DNA of 64,000 nt from a virus, in the IMG/VR virus record IMGVR_UViG_3300028393_000001, positions 1 to 64,000 of that record, one strand, 5' to 3'. Within the stretch, counting starts at the first letter, position 1. Each line of letters opens with the position of its first letter. Below are positions 38,547 through 49,045 of the stretch, piece by piece. The position numbers were made by a program, and so were the translations under genes. A model generated the notes under the pieces. The model saw nothing but the letters and a program-made list of their open reading frames with translations, was not told the origin of the DNA and did not search any database.

Positions 38547-38583
38547 GCGCCAAAATTATACAGTGCCTGAGTGAGTTTGTCAA
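38547..38583 (-). promoter_or_regulatory. Leftward promoter of the repeated GCGCCAAAATTATA class
   Basis: TTGACA-N17-TATAAT-TTTGGCGC on the minus strand. Confidence 0.75.
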
Positions 38584-38823
38584 GTGTGGATTCCTCATCG
38601 TCTGAAGTGCCGCTGAATACAAGTCTGTTTTTTAAGGTGCCCTCTAATAGGTAGTCTGTTAATGAAACTCATAGGTTTTGTTTTTAAAAATTAGTGTAAC
38701 CTCTAGGTTCTGACCCTAAGCTGCCCAAATCAGGGCCCAGTTGCCCCTGAGTGCCCGAAATTAGCTTAATCTGACATAATTCGAGAAACCTGCGGAAATT
38801 TAGACATTTAGGACTTTAAAACG

Positions 38824-38855
38824 AAAAAAAGCCCCCTACTTTGACATAGGGGGCT
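38824..38855 (-). terminator. Terminator of the leftward early operon
   Basis: AGCCCCCTA-loop-TAGGGGGCT plus T-tract on the minus strand. Confidence 0.8.
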
Positions 38856-38862
38856 AATTGGC

Positions 38863-39165
38863 CTAATTTAGGGTCAGTTTCTTCTCAATTAAGGCTAAAA
38901 CTGACTTATTTACCTTCTCCAGCGATTCAAGCATATCCGAATTTACATCTAGTAGCTTAGCGATGCGCTCTATATATTCGTCCTTCTTCACAGGAACTTC
39001 ACCACGCTTGGTCAAGTACTCCTTCTTTTTGTACACGCCCAGACTGCTTAGCTTAGCGATGACTGATCTTTCTGGAACGCCCAGACCCTCAGCTAAAGCA
39101 GACACTGGCACTCCGGCCAAGTAATCCGCTTGTAATTTCTTTGTTGTTAGTTCGTCGTATTTCAC
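38863..39165 (-). CDS. T5 A2/D3-like DNA-binding protein, paralog 4
   Basis: RSVIAKLSSLGVY...PVKKDEYI..IA...LESLEK.NK. Confidence 0.65.
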   Translation of the reverse strand: MKYDELTTKKLQADYLAGVPVSALAEGLGVPERSVIAKLSSLGVYKKKEYLTKRGEVPVKKDEYIERIAKLLDVNSDMLESLEKVNKSVLALIEKKLTLN

Positions 39166-39168
39166 TGC

Positions 39169-40035
39169 TTATTCCCAAGGTAATTTAGTTAGGGTAGTCC
39201 ACTTGGCTACTGGTTCTGTTTTGATAAGAGGTTCTGGGTGACTATCCCAATTTAAGGGATCACAGATCATGTCTTGATGTCTAAGGTCTGGATGACAGAC
39301 CCAACACTGTGTAATCATTAGTCTTGATAGCTTATTAAGTAAGCCAATCTCGGAATCATTAATACCATATAAAATCCAAGCAGCCTTAGGGTCTCTGCTG
39401 GTACCTTCACGAGGGCCTGATCGGACTAGGAGTCCTTCCTGGCGCAGCCTTAGTAACTCACCTATCTCGATCTCAGGCCACTCGGTGATACAGGCTTCAG
39501 CTAAGTCTTCTGGCATTACAGCCTCTAAACCTTCACGAGACCACTTAGAGTAGGGCACTCCCTGATAACGCTTAATTCCAGCTAAGATAAGTGGAGTTAA
39601 TGAGGAGAATTCTGGTTGTGCAATCTGTTTAGGCACTAGCTTGCTACGAGGTAATCTGCAGGCTAAAAACCAGCATCCTCGACTAAACTCTGACCCTAAG
39701 TTGAGCTTAGCTGTGCTTCTTGGGTCTACTAAACCATCTTTATACACTAAAGTCCATTGACCAAAATAGTGTAAGAGCTGGTCTAAGAACCAGCTAGACT
39801 GGCTAGCAAGTCCTACGGAGTCAGCTAGTTGAGCTAAGATAAGTGGGTTAGCCGTGTTAAAGGCTTGGATCGGCCAAGCCGTTAAATCCCGTTTTTTGCC
39901 TCGCGGCAGCTTATCGGGGGTGGGAATTTCAGTTCTATTTTGCATTTTTAAGATTAATTTTAGCTTTTTAAAATGGGATTTCTCCAACTTAGATGGAGGA
40001 ACAGGGGGACCCTCAATTGCAGACGGTTGCTGCAA
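39169..40035 (-). CDS. Conserved T5-like hypothetical protein (start uncertain, possibly 39945)
   Basis: Long ORF with blocks such as F.SL.P..LA..K...G..Y..W and LM..Q.WV.HP.L, which I recall from T5-like phages. Promoter TTGACT-N17-TATAAT upstream near 40138-40166. Confidence 0.55.
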   Translation of the reverse strand: MQQPSAIEGPPVPPSKLEKSHFKKLKLILKMQNRTEIPTPDKLPRGKKRDLTAWPIQAFNTANPLILAQLADSVGLASQSSWFLDQLLHYFGQWTLVYKDGLVDPRSTAKLNLGSEFSRGCWFLACRLPRSKLVPKQIAQPEFSSLTPLILAGIKRYQGVPYSKWSREGLEAVMPEDLAEACITEWPEIEIGELLRLRQEGLLVRSGPREGTSRDPKAAWILYGINDSEIGLLNKLSRLMITQCWVCHPDLRHQDMICDPLNWDSHPEPLIKTEPVAKWTTLTKLPWE

Positions 40036-40282
40036 ACATATCCTGTTGCTTCAAAAAATGGGATTTTTGTGTACGAACAGGGGTTTGCGCTGTCTGTTGA
40101 GGCCCCCCGTTGTACTGTATTCTTTGAATATACAATAATTATATCACACTTTTTTTCATAAGTCAACTACTTTTTTAAGCAAGGGTGAAAATTTACTAGA
40201 ATATGACCAGGATAGTGGGAGATTAACTTATTGAGGAAGGGTTCCCTTTGTAGGAATTCCCTCCGATGGCGGCGGTTTAGGG

Positions 40283-41170
40283 TCAACTAATTGCTGCTTG
40301 CTCTAGTAGTTGACGATGCTGAATCCATGACCTGAAGTTAGCAGACCACAGGGTGTTGAGCACGTCCATATGAGTCACGCCCTTTTCAACATCTAGGAAC
40401 GAGCCTGAGCGCATAGGAGTTGCCTGATGCTCGAATGGACTCGCATGCCAAGGACGTGCTTTTAACAGTCGTTTAGCTATACGTTCAGCTTTCTCTAGGC
40501 TTCGGTCTTGAAGTCGGTAACTTACCTGAGCACAGCAACTAGCTGAGATTAAACGTGCAGAGGCACGATCTAAGATGGTATCATCACCATAAAAAATTTG
40601 TCCAGACTCATCCTGACGGCGAGTCACATAGGGAACGTGCCAGTCACCTGCGTGTAGTTGCAGGGGCTTGCTTTCCAGAAATGCTTGACCCATTACCTTA
40701 GCTAGGGTTTGTATTTCCGGCTGAGCGTCTTCATGATCTCGCAATTCAAAAAAGTTCGCCCATTCAGTAGCTGTTAGGACTACACGAATCATCTGAAAAG
40801 GCTCAGTGACTCTGTTAACTATCTGCTTGTGAAGACCTAAACCCTTTAAGGTCTCTGCGTAGTCTAAGGCTGAGTAGCGTGCTGCATTCCAGTAGGTAAC
40901 AGCAACTTGGGTATCATCAATCTCCTCACGAGCCTGCATACCTGATTGCGCTCGGCCCCAGAATACAGGCTCTGCTGGGTTTGCGCTGACTAGCTGAAGC
41001 ATATCATCAACTGGTACAGCTCTTGAACTGGCAGAGTTTCTAGAGAACTGACGATGCGTAAGTACTTCAGCGTGGATAAAGCGAGGATACTCTAACTCCA
41101 GGGTAGTGATACGAACTCCGTTTGCTATGGAGTCTTGAACTACATTAGCGGTAATATTAGTTGTTTTCAT
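40283..41170 (-). CDS. thyX: Flavin-dependent thymidylate synthase (phage type)
   Basis: YPRFIHAE..THR.FSRNSASSR, HKQ..NR..EPF, NFFELR...AQPEI and HASPFEHQA motifs. Confidence 0.88.
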   Translation of the reverse strand: MKTTNITANVVQDSIANGVRITTLELEYPRFIHAEVLTHRQFSRNSASSRAVPVDDMLQLVSANPAEPVFWGRAQSGMQAREEIDDTQVAVTYWNAARYSALDYAETLKGLGLHKQIVNRVTEPFQMIRVVLTATEWANFFELRDHEDAQPEIQTLAKVMGQAFLESKPLQLHAGDWHVPYVTRRQDESGQIFYGDDTILDRASARLISASCCAQVSYRLQDRSLEKAERIAKRLLKARPWHASPFEHQATPMRSGSFLDVEKGVTHMDVLNTLWSANFRSWIQHRQLLEQAAIS

Positions 41171-41354
41171 TGGTAATCTCGGTAAAAAGTGATCTTCTTA
41201 TGTTTGGTCCTAGGACCCTGTCTAGCATTTCTCTAGTGCGAGAGATCATTCCACAAGCTAGGATTAGCATATCTCTGTGGTCATCACATTGCATGATGGC
41301 TTGATCGATGAGTACGAGTAACTCATCGTGTCGTTGTTGTCTTTGTTCACTCAT
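41157..41354 (-). CDS. Hypothetical protein (paralog-like to 50563-50763)
   Basis: Shares the pattern LID..I...D.H...L.LA..M..R with 50563-50763. Confidence 0.55.
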   Translation of the reverse strand: MSEQRQQRHDELLVLIDQAIMQCDDHRDMLILACGMISRTREMLDRVLGPNIRRSLFTEITNENN

Positions 41355-41682
41355 CTAGTTCCTCTACAAGGGGTGCCCCTAAAGTGCTGGTTGAAAGTTT
41401 ATTTTCAAAAAGACAAATAAATGAGTAAATAAATAGACCGTCGCGGATTCCCACTTGGTCTATTAATTTAACGTCTTGGACGTCGTGATTCTGCTTACAG
41501 TGCTTACAGTACACATACTTAATCATTGTTCTGGATCTTCCATGCTAATCTGAACCTGACGAACGCACTGTTTTAAAGTCTCTGTGAGTACGTCTATGTT
41601 AGAATGGTCTACGTGTAAATCTGTTAGCCTATGCTCAATAGAGCACGACTGATTCTTGTGAAAGTCACTTTCGTGTGTTACT

Positions 41683-41946
41683 TTAATTATCCACATTTTT
41701 TATCCTAAGTCCTAGCAAGCGGAAAAATAGTTGCCTAAAAAAGTTCTGCGGCCTCTTAGTCCTGAACACTAATTCATCTGTGTTAATATAGAAATTACCG
41801 CCTGAAATATTACTAGAGGTAATAAGGTATCCACTATCAATAATCTTAGAGGTAGTAGTCCAGGCCTTAGGTATTAAATGGTCGTCTAAGTCTAAGGGAA
41901 TCTGCTCCTGCATGGGCCAAAATAGTTTAAGTTCAAGTTGTTGCAT
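41683..41946 (-). CDS. Hypothetical protein
   Basis: 87-aa ORF with AAGGA RBS. Confidence 0.55.
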   Translation of the reverse strand: MQQLELKLFWPMQEQIPLDLDDHLIPKAWTTTSKIIDSGYLITSSNISGGNFYINTDELVFRTKRPQNFFRQLFFRLLGLRIKNVDN

Positions 41947-41970
41947 TACTATCCTTAAAATGTTCTTGAA

Positions 41971-42171
41971 TCATTGTTCAACTCCAAAGTGTTCCATAAT
42001 CTCACCCATCAATGCGTAGGCCTTATGGTTGTAACCTATACCTAAACATTCTCTTACAATCAACTCGGCGAACTTTTCTTGATCCAATGTCATAATCGGT
42101 GTGTAGCCCCCATCTGTGTAGTACGCAACCTTTTGTGCCTGTTCAGCAAGTTTTCGAATTCGTTCGTTCAT
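41971..42171 (-). CDS. Small 'MNERI..LA...FAELIV.EC...FGVE' family protein
   Basis: Family motif, paralog at 43267-43482. Confidence 0.65.
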   Translation of the reverse strand: MNERIRKLAEQAQKVAYYTDGGYTPIMTLDQEKFAELIVRECLGIGYNHKAYALMGEIMEHFGVEQ

Positions 42172-42983
42172 TCTTCAACTCCGTACACCAACCGCTCAGG
42201 TGCAGTAAAACAAAAAAAGCGTCTGTTGGTGGCTCGGCCTATGGCGCATAGGTTTAGTTTTTTTGCAATTTCATAACCCATTTCAGTAATACCACTGCGA
42301 GATATAACGATAGGCACCGCCATTTGTGCAGACTTAATAATCATCTCGCTGGTCAGTCTTCCAGTTGTGTAAAATACTCGGCCATTTACTGATATGCTAT
42401 CTTTAGGTTGTAATGCCAACCATCCGGCAATGGCATCTAATGCATTGTGTCGCCCCACATCTTCAATAAACACCAGCATGTTTTCACCTTGAAATAATGC
42501 ACAACCATGTACAGATCCAGCAGTTTTATAAATGCTGTCATTTGTGCGTATAGTATTTACAATAGCATACAACTGAGTTTGCGTGATCGAGGCTGGAGGC
42601 AATTGTATATCACTGATATTATCCATCAACTCTCCAAACATACTACCTTGCCCACAACCCGTGGTGACTGTACGTTTGGCTGTTTTCCTATTGAAATTCC
42701 TAATTCCATTATGGGTCTTTGCCGCAGCCGCCCCAACTTCCCAATCTACCGTTATTGAATCTATTTCTGCCGCAGAAGCAATCAGTCGTTGATTGAGCAA
42801 GTACCCCAACACCAACCATTCGGGATAGGCTCCTAGGGTCATCAGTGTGACAATTTCTTTTTTATCTACATAAACTGTCAGGGCACGTTCAGTAGGTATT
42901 TGTAATGTCTGCATCTCGCCGTGATGATTCAACACCGTAACGGTCCTTGTCAAGGAAACGTCGGATACTGTGATATTGTTCAT
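42168..42983 (-). CDS. fdhD: Formate dehydrogenase accessory sulfurtransferase
   Basis: TTGCGQG, G.VHGCALF, EDVGRHNA.D, TTGRLTSEM..K and SRSG.T motifs. Confidence 0.92.
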   Translation of the reverse strand: MNNITVSDVSLTRTVTVLNHHGEMQTLQIPTERALTVYVDKKEIVTLMTLGAYPEWLVLGYLLNQRLIASAAEIDSITVDWEVGAAAAKTHNGIRNFNRKTAKRTVTTGCGQGSMFGELMDNISDIQLPPASITQTQLYAIVNTIRTNDSIYKTAGSVHGCALFQGENMLVFIEDVGRHNALDAIAGWLALQPKDSISVNGRVFYTTGRLTSEMIIKSAQMAVPIVISRSGITEMGYEIAKKLNLCAIGRATNRRFFCFTAPERLVYGVEE

Positions 42984-43266
42984 TCTATATGTCTCTTGGA
43001 ATCTACGTTAGAACGATGACACATGTACAACACACCCACTACATAACCCAATAAGAATCCCCAAAAAAATGTCATGATTTCATTGTCCTAAAAAACATTT
43101 TTGCACATAGTCATATACTCTTTGTCTACCATCAGCATCTTGTTGAAATATAAAATTAGGAGTATTAAATTCAAAATGTTTATTTGCTGTGTGCCACCAA
43201 ACTTCTATTAGCGCATGATCTTGAAAAAAAAAAGTTTGCCTAAAATATGATTGACATCTGCTTTAG

Positions 43267-43482
43267 TTATCTCGTTAATTCTTCAACCTCAAAACGTTCT
43301 TTAATTGCCTTAGCTGTGGCGGGATTACCACTAAATACAGCAATCTTACTACATTCAAATATAATCAACTCAGCGGTACGAAACTGAATCTCTTTGATTT
43401 TATCGTAACCTAACCTGGTCCAAGTTTCAGGCACTAATTCATCGAGCACTTGGCTGGCAAGTTCTTTAATTCGTTCGTTCAT
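43267..43482 (-). CDS. Small 'MNERI' family protein
   Basis: Paralog of 41971-42171. Confidence 0.6.
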   Translation of the reverse strand: MNERIKELASQVLDELVPETWTRLGYDKIKEIQFRTAELIIFECSKIAVFSGNPATAKAIKERFEVEELTR

Positions 43483-43880
43483 CGTTTATGCATCTCACAT
43501 AGGGTTGTAATCCATCCACTGCTACTTTGCGTAGCTGGATTACCGCACTCTTCGCAAGTAACACTGGTCATTGATTCTGCTAAGCGTACCATACCGTCAA
43601 TCGTGTCATCGCCGCCTGAGTAGTAGAAACGCAAGGTGCCAAACTTCTCCTTGACTTGATCTAAGGTAACTTGATCAACAACCAAACTGTTCTTATTCTT
43701 CCAGTCTAGGTGATGTTGAATACTACCCATAAGCTGATCTAAGATATTAAACCAACCATCACCACATTCAAATCCCCAGCACATACAAGTTTCTATCATG
43801 CTTTTGTTACGATTAACCATCATTTTTGGATATCGCTGGCATAGCAACTGGTCTAGTTCACGTTTCATCTTTACCTCCAA
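43479..43880 (-). CDS. Conserved phage hypothetical protein
   Basis: ECGDGW, QVKEKFGTLRFY and CEECG..TLC motifs. Confidence 0.7.
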   Translation of the reverse strand: MEVKMKRELDQLLCQRYPKMMVNRNKSMIETCMCWGFECGDGWFNILDQLMGSIQHHLDWKNKNSLVVDQVTLDQVKEKFGTLRFYYSGGDDTIDGMVRLAESMTSVTCEECGNPATQSSSGWITTLCEMHKR

Positions 43881-46800
43881 AATATCGGATAAGTAAGTCT
43901 AGGGATATAACAAGCTGCATATTACCTACGACATCATCTGCGTTAAGATAGTATCCGGTAGGGTTATTCCGCCACTTTGTTAGTTGTTCTTGGAGTAGGT
44001 CACGGTGCTCCTCTAGCACAAGCAAGGCAATACGGTCAGCAATTTCACCATCTAATTCAATTTTTCTCATTACCAATCCTCCACACCTGATACTAGAATT
44101 GATACTTCTGCATCGTAGCCTGCAACCTCTGTATGATAGGTCATAGTAAGCGTACTGCCAATGCCACAGTCAGCAGTCTGTGTTAGCGTAAAGTAGTCTG
44201 TACCAACATCTTCACAGATAGTTTTAATTTTATTTAAATTATATACGCTCAGTTTCATTGTTTATCCTGCTTTTCCTAGTTGCTTTTCAAGATTATCAAT
44301 CTCATGATTAAGTCTAGCTCTAACATCTTGGAGTTCATCTTCTACTGAGGAAAGTTGTTCCTGTAAGTAGGTTACCTGACCTCTAAGATATTTAATCTCT
44401 TCATTTAACTCAAAGATTTTTTCTATGAGTTCTGCTTCTTTTTCTATATTCATTATTTATCCTTAAACAGTTCCCGTTTAGCATAGTGGAGATAGTCCTC
44501 AGTAGAGTTAATAATGTACTCTCTATCATCATACCAAATCTTGTTGCAACGACTATTACACTCGTATAAAAACCAGGCAACATCTTCATAGAGGTCACCA
44601 AGTAGTAGCCTGCTTAAATAGTCAATCATTGCCCCATCAATATTTGTATATGCATTCTCTAAAAATGAGTCTCGAATATCTTTAGGAATAGAACTAATGT
44701 AGAGCTCCTGCGCTCCAATACGCCGTTTCATAGCGACTACTAAGTCCTTAAATGTCTCATAGTTCATCTTTTATCTCCAAGGGACGACGAGGTCTATCCT
44801 TACAATACTCGCAAGTAGGATCATCGCAACGATCATCTAACCACTCATTACGAACAGGACTATAATTAGCATCATATTGCTCAGAATATTCAACTTTATA
44901 AAATGTCATCTTGACACCCTTATTTCTGCATCTGAATTATCCCAGCAGGCGTTGCGGTAATCGTATACAAAGTTGCATAACCCCTCATAGTTACCCCAAC
45001 CGTTCTCTGGTTCAAATTGTTTAAACTGTTCAGGGTCTGCAAGGAGTATATTCCAACCTTCATCTAGCAACTCTGCAATGTCTTTGGCAAATTTCAATCC
45101 TGCCTGTTCATCCGGCCGCCATAAAACATTGTATAAAGTCATACCATTTGACAATTTTACTTGGTCCGCCATTTTACCTAAATTATGGGTGATATTTGAC
45201 CCATAAACATCTGTTGGCATCAGTTTAGTTAAAGTTACATCTAAGCTCATACTGTTTTTCCTGGTGTTTTAAGTGTTACAGCAATGCAGGTACCTTCTAA
45301 GATAGTTATCTCCGTATCTTTAGATAGTTGTGCCATTTCTGTTAATTGTGCTTTTTGTTGCTCAATGGACATTCTACATTGCAGTTCTGTTTTATGAGCC
45401 TGACTACCCTGCATAAAGTTACAGCTATCGCCTAAACATATAAAAAGTACAGCAATGTAAATATTCATATTAAATATCCTTGTCTATACGTTTAACTAAA
45501 TTAAGTAATAACTTACTAGGAGCTCTTGGATTAACTATTTGGAACCCGCCTCCCGCAACGCGTTTAATTTTAACGCCTGGATTTTGTTTCTTAATCTTTT
45601 TAATCATATCCTGATTATTATCTTTTTTCTCAACTGATTCTTCTTCACTCATTTTTTAATCCCACAGGTTCTGGTAGTATTTGCCGAATAAGCGGAAACC
45701 GTTAGTGATACGATCCTGCACTACTTTCATGCCGTCGTAATCACACTTGTAGGTGTGATTAGGGCCGTCCTTCATTTCATACATGGTAGGCTCGCCTTTT
45801 TCATCCCAAGCACAGGCGACTGTATCCCAGTCGGTCTCACCTGAACGAAACTGGTCTTCCCATGAATCATCTAGTTTGCACTCAAAGGCAAAAATCATTT
45901 CATCTAGTACCCACTCCCAACGCTTGAAGTGGTTGGAGTCAGTATCATATTCATTTTCTTTTGGATCTGCTTCTGTGCTCTGCAATCCAATACCCTTGGG
46001 TACGTCTTGGTCATCAACAAAGCCTGCTCCGTGTTGAGTAGCCTTTAATTGTTTGAGCATTGGCAAGATGATATGGGCTAGGGTAGCGTCCATATTCCAA
46101 GTATCCCAACGATCAAGCTTAACTACTACTTGGCGCTTCTGCTTAGAGTGAATCCAGGTGCACGCCCGCATTAACAAGCTGTCCTTTTTATCGCCGCCAG
46201 CAAGCCAAGTACCAAATTTGTGAACGCGCTTGTCCTCGTCTTTATCCAACCAGAAAAGCAACTTTTCAGCAATCTGGTAGGGTCCAATCCAGTCGGGATA
46301 ATTTCCGATTTTAACTCTCATGGTATAACTCCTTCTACCCAATTTTCAGCACAATCTTGTGCGTATTTCCTAGTTTGTCCAACTAAACTACGGGTTTCAA
46401 TCCAAGTATTTTCGTGGAAGAAAAGGACTAAATAGTCATTATCTATTCCACCTATGTATATACTAGCAGATCGTGGACCTTTTACAAATTCTTCTATAAA
46501 CTTCATATAATCTCGCATAGTTAATCCCAAGTGCGGTGATCTTCGGCAACATACTCTAAACCATCATACTCGTGGATGTGCCACTTAATACCTGCTGGAA
46601 TGTCTACAATTTTAAGTTGTGAGTAAGTATCATCAGCTTTTTCGCCCAGTTCTTGTACTACTTTTACTAGGTTAGGGTCGTTACGTTCTATCATACCTGG
46701 CCAGAAGTTGATGGGGCTGCAACCATCCAACTCACAAAATCGCTCGATTGCAGCATCCGATAGGCCAAAACCGCCAAAGCAGGTGTTAATTACGACTTTC

Positions 46801-47742
46801 ATTTTCAATTCCTAATGTTTGTGGTGAATGATCTAAATATTTGTTGTCGTATATATAGGCATCTGGGTCAACGATAGTAACTTCTAGGTCACAGTGTCTA
46901 ATATCATAGTCTGTGAACATATGATTATTGGTATAAACTCTAAACTTCATACCATGCCATGTATGTATAAGCATACCAGTTAAACCATTAGCTGATTTAG
47001 TTTCATTTTTAATTTCTGCAATAGTCTCTTTTAATTTTACAATCTCATCTGCGGCTTCTTCTAGTAAGTCTACAATACGATCAGGCGCTCCCTCCTGCAC
47101 ACTTTTTCTAGTGGGGATTTGGCGTCTGATCTCGGCACGATAGCGTAAGCGATATACTAAATCATTTTGCATAGGTATCTTTATACTCTAAGTTTAAGAA
47201 GTCAGTACTATCGGCTAAGATGTCAATATCAACACCATGACCTTTCTGTGCATCAATCATATCTTCAAGAACTCTGGTACCATATCCACTAGCCCCATAA
47301 CTACTTTTATGACAAGTGTAAGTAGAGCCGCTAGTACCTTTAAAGTAATAGCAGTTGTCGTCTTGGGTAACAGAGGTAATACCACTGTTCATTCTCCAAG
47401 AGTCAGAACCTAGATAACCACCATACCAAGAGCCAAATACTCTGTAATGACTGCCAGTTTCGTATTTAAGTTTAATAACTAACCATTTATCAGGACAATA
47501 TTCGCTCATACAAACTCCATTCCATAGCTATGTTCTGAGTCTTTATAGACGTTCAATTCCATATCAGAGAAGTCCCATCCCTTAGTTTCCAAGAACTCAC
47601 CAATACGATAACAACTCTCAGCACCTGGATGAGTCCCACCTAGACGAACATTCGCCATAAGAGTAGAAATAACTTGTAGGTCTGTATCTGACAAACCTTT
47701 TAGACTATAGGTGCCTTTATTTTCATTATATGTGAGTTTCAT
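43858..47742 (-). other. Dense run of small co-oriented early hypothetical ORFs
   Basis: Coupled minus-strand ORFs: 43858-44076, 44070-44258, 44262-44453, 44453-44767, 44906-45250, 45247-45468, 45470-45652, 45656-46321, 46318-46530, 46521-46808, 46786-47172, 47162-47509, 47506-47742. Confidence 0.7.
45656..46321 (-). CDS. Conserved phage hypothetical protein
   Basis: WDTWNMD.TLA.II.PML, W.WVLDEMIFAF and GFRLFGKYY.NLWD motifs. Confidence 0.7.
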   Translation of the reverse strand: MRVKIGNYPDWIGPYQIAEKLLFWLDKDEDKRVHKFGTWLAGGDKKDSLLMRACTWIHSKQKRQVVVKLDRWDTWNMDATLAHIILPMLKQLKATQHGAGFVDDQDVPKGIGLQSTEADPKENEYDTDSNHFKRWEWVLDEMIFAFECKLDDSWEDQFRSGETDWDTVACAWDEKGEPTMYEMKDGPNHTYKCDYDGMKVVQDRITNGFRLFGKYYQNLWD

Positions 47743-47824
47743 TTGATTTTCCTAAAAGATTAATTATAACACGAAAAAAAGGGCAGTTCAAGTCAATATT
47801 TTTGACCTAAACTGCCCCTTGACC

Positions 47825-48655
47825 CTAAACCTCTACAGTTTTCGGTTGGTAACCAACAGCACTAGGCTCGTGTCCCGCGTATCCACGCGGATTGCACACA
47901 ACCTGAGTACCCTCTATTTGGTAGTCCCAAGGATCATGAGTATGACCATGAATCCATAACTTGATTTGTGGATGATCTTTTATAAACCAGTCCAGCTTTG
48001 AGGAGAAAGCACCATTCATGTCCCGCTCATGAGCAAACCTCGGGTGAGTGCTTAATCGGCTAGGCGCATGATGACTAACTACTACAAACTTATCATACCA
48101 ACGACCTTCTAACATGAACTCAAAATACCTTTTGGTATCTTGATGAACCTCTACTGAGTCTAGAGGAGAGAATCTTGGAGGACGTCCCCTAGAATGTGGT
48201 TTTAGGGAGTTATTAACACATCTGAAGTCATTCATCATGCCTCCTGTTATCTGTAAGGTTGAGGGTAGCCCCGCATTCATATCAGTCCAAAGAGTGCCGC
48301 ATAAGAAGGTAACATCCTCAATGACTGCTAACTCTTGCTCTAGGATACGTAAGTTTGGTAAGTAGCTTAACTGTGCACGTAAGTGTTCCAAGGTATTAGC
48401 ATAGTCACCATGATAGTGCTCGTGATTACCCATGATGTAGATTACATGAGGCCACTTACGGCAGCAATCTTGAAAAAATAGGTGATAGGTCTGAGATTTA
48501 TTGTTAAACCAGTTATCTTCAAAGTTGTCCTTGTCACCTAACATATTTGCAACGCAGATATCACCGGCCAGGACTAGTACTGTGGCCGAATCCACATTCT
48601 CTAATACAAGATACCTAACTTCAAGGTGTAAATCGCTGCAAACTGAGATTTTCAT
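47825..48655 (-). CDS. Calcineurin-like metallophosphoesterase
   Basis: SDLHLE, LAGDI, GNHEHY, HHAP, HGHTH and NPRGY motifs. Confidence 0.9.
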   Translation of the reverse strand: MKISVCSDLHLEVRYLVLENVDSATVLVLAGDICVANMLGDKDNFEDNWFNNKSQTYHLFFQDCCRKWPHVIYIMGNHEHYHGDYANTLEHLRAQLSYLPNLRILEQELAVIEDVTFLCGTLWTDMNAGLPSTLQITGGMMNDFRCVNNSLKPHSRGRPPRFSPLDSVEVHQDTKRYFEFMLEGRWYDKFVVVSHHAPSRLSTHPRFAHERDMNGAFSSKLDWFIKDHPQIKLWIHGHTHDPWDYQIEGTQVVCNPRGYAGHEPSAVGYQPKTVEV

Positions 48656-49045
48656 GGTAGTAGGTGTTTAATTAGTTGTTCTGCTAAGAGGTAGTAGCCG
48701 TAAGGAGGAAATATTACTGCAAAAAATACGCTCCAAAATCCTTTGGCAATGTAGATGCCCCCCACATAAAATAGCATTGCCCATCCTGAAAAGTAGGGAT
48801 GGCGTACTGTCTTTTCATTATTCATTATAGTGATTCTTTATCTAAATTTCAAGTAAATTATTGCCAGGCTGAGTAATAGGTAAGCCATTCATCTATACAA
48901 TTTTGTTCGTTTATTTCGTCTTCTCGTCCCATTTCTTCCATCTGCTGACTCCATTCAGAGAAGAATTGTCGTAAGATTTCAGCTTCTGAGATAACTGAGT
49001 ATCCAATACCGCCACCATCCTCTTCGAGAACATATTTCCAGTATT

